NCBI GenBank assembly: GCA_032718475.1
Contig: JAUCBJ010000678.1
Location: 1 to 64,000 of the forward strand
Origin: Nemertoderma westbladi
Taxonomy: Eukaryota; Animalia; Xenacoelomorpha
DNA: 64,000 nt
Direction of reading: 5' to 3'
Part shown: one piece after another, positions 63,077-64,000 of the stretch
Layout of the letters: every line of letters starts with the position of its first letter
How positions within the stretch are numbered: position 1 is the stretch's first letter
The notes under the pieces: model-generated
What the model was told of the DNA's origin: nothing
Seen by the model: only the letters and a program-made list of their open reading frames with translations
The model's database searches: none
Program-made: the position numbers and the translations under genes

Positions 63077-64000
63077 GTAAGTAGAATAACTACAGAATAA
63101 CTACAGAGTTAGTAGAATAAATACAGAGTTAGTAGAATAACTACAGAGTTAGTAGAATAACTACAGAGTTAGTAGAATAAATACAGAGTTAGTAGAATAA
63201 CTACAGAGCTAGTAGAATAAATACAGAGTTAGTAGAATAACTACAGAGTTAGTAGAATAACTACAGAGTTAGTAGAATAAATACAGAGTTAGTAGAATAA
63301 ATACAGAGTTAGTAGAATAACTACAGAGCTAGTAGAATAAATACAGAGTTAGTAGAATAACTACAGAGTTAGTAGAATAACTACAGAGTTAGTATAATAA
63401 CTACAGAGTTAGTAGAATAAATACAGAGTTAGTAGAATAACTACAGAGTTAGTAGAATAACTACAGAGTTAGTAGAATAACTACAGAGTTAGTAGAATAA
63501 CTACAGAGTTAGTAGAATAACTACAGAGTTAGTAGAATAAATACAGAGTTAGTAGAATAACTACAGAGTTAGTAGAATAACTACAGAGTTAGTAGAATAA
63601 CTACAGAGTTAGTAGAATAACTACAGAATTAGTAGAATAACTACAGAGTTAGTAGAATAAATACAGAGTTAGTAGAATAACTACAGAGTTAGTAGAATAA
63701 CTACAGAATTAGTAGAATAACTACAGAGTTAGTAGAATAACTACAGAGTTAGTAGAATAACTACAGAGTTAGTAGAATAACTACACAGAGTTAGTAGAAT
63801 AACTACGGAGTTAGTAGTGTAACTACAGAGTTAGTAGAATAACTACAGAGTTAGTAGAATAACTACAGAGTTAGTATAATAACTACAGAGTTAGTAGAAT
63901 AACTACAGAGTTAGTAGAATAACTACAGAATTAGTAGAATAACTACAGAGTTAGTAGAATAAATGCAGAGTTAGTAGAATAACTACAGAGTTAGTAGAAT
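63077..64000 (+). repeat. 20-bp satellite starting at the exon-3 splice donor (about 45 copies, runs off the window)
   Basis: Intron starts GTAAGTAGAATAACTACAGA; repeat unit is GTTAGTAGAATAA(C/A)TACAGA. Confidence 0.95.

Overview
Repeat-rich eukaryotic (probably invertebrate animal) genomic DNA. 1-27403 is a nest of minus-strand LTR retrotransposons. A degenerate BEL/Pao element (B, 12271-27403) carries a truncated CsRN1-type Gypsy in its RT region. B is cut at its 3' end by a young Gag-protease-only BEL/Pao derivative (A, <1-12270) with nearly identical LTRs. About 400 bp from B, head-to-head, lies a complete 8-exon spindle-E/TDRD9 piRNA helicase gene (27800-47606, about 1337 aa, all intron phases consistent). 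After it come two satellites, inverted repeats, an RTE LINE and the first three exons of an ankyrin/transmembrane gene (ZDHHC17/13-like). The most striking signal is that the tandem arrays start at, and are built from, pre-mRNA processing signals. The 11-kb spn-E intron 6 is roughly 275 copies of its own exon end plus 5' splice site, each folded into a hairpin. The spn-E exon-2 acceptor is repeated about 7 times, and the ankyrin gene's intron 3 is an amplification of its first 20 nt. Two further arrays may follow the same rule. All counts and alignments were done by eye; nothing was database-searched.
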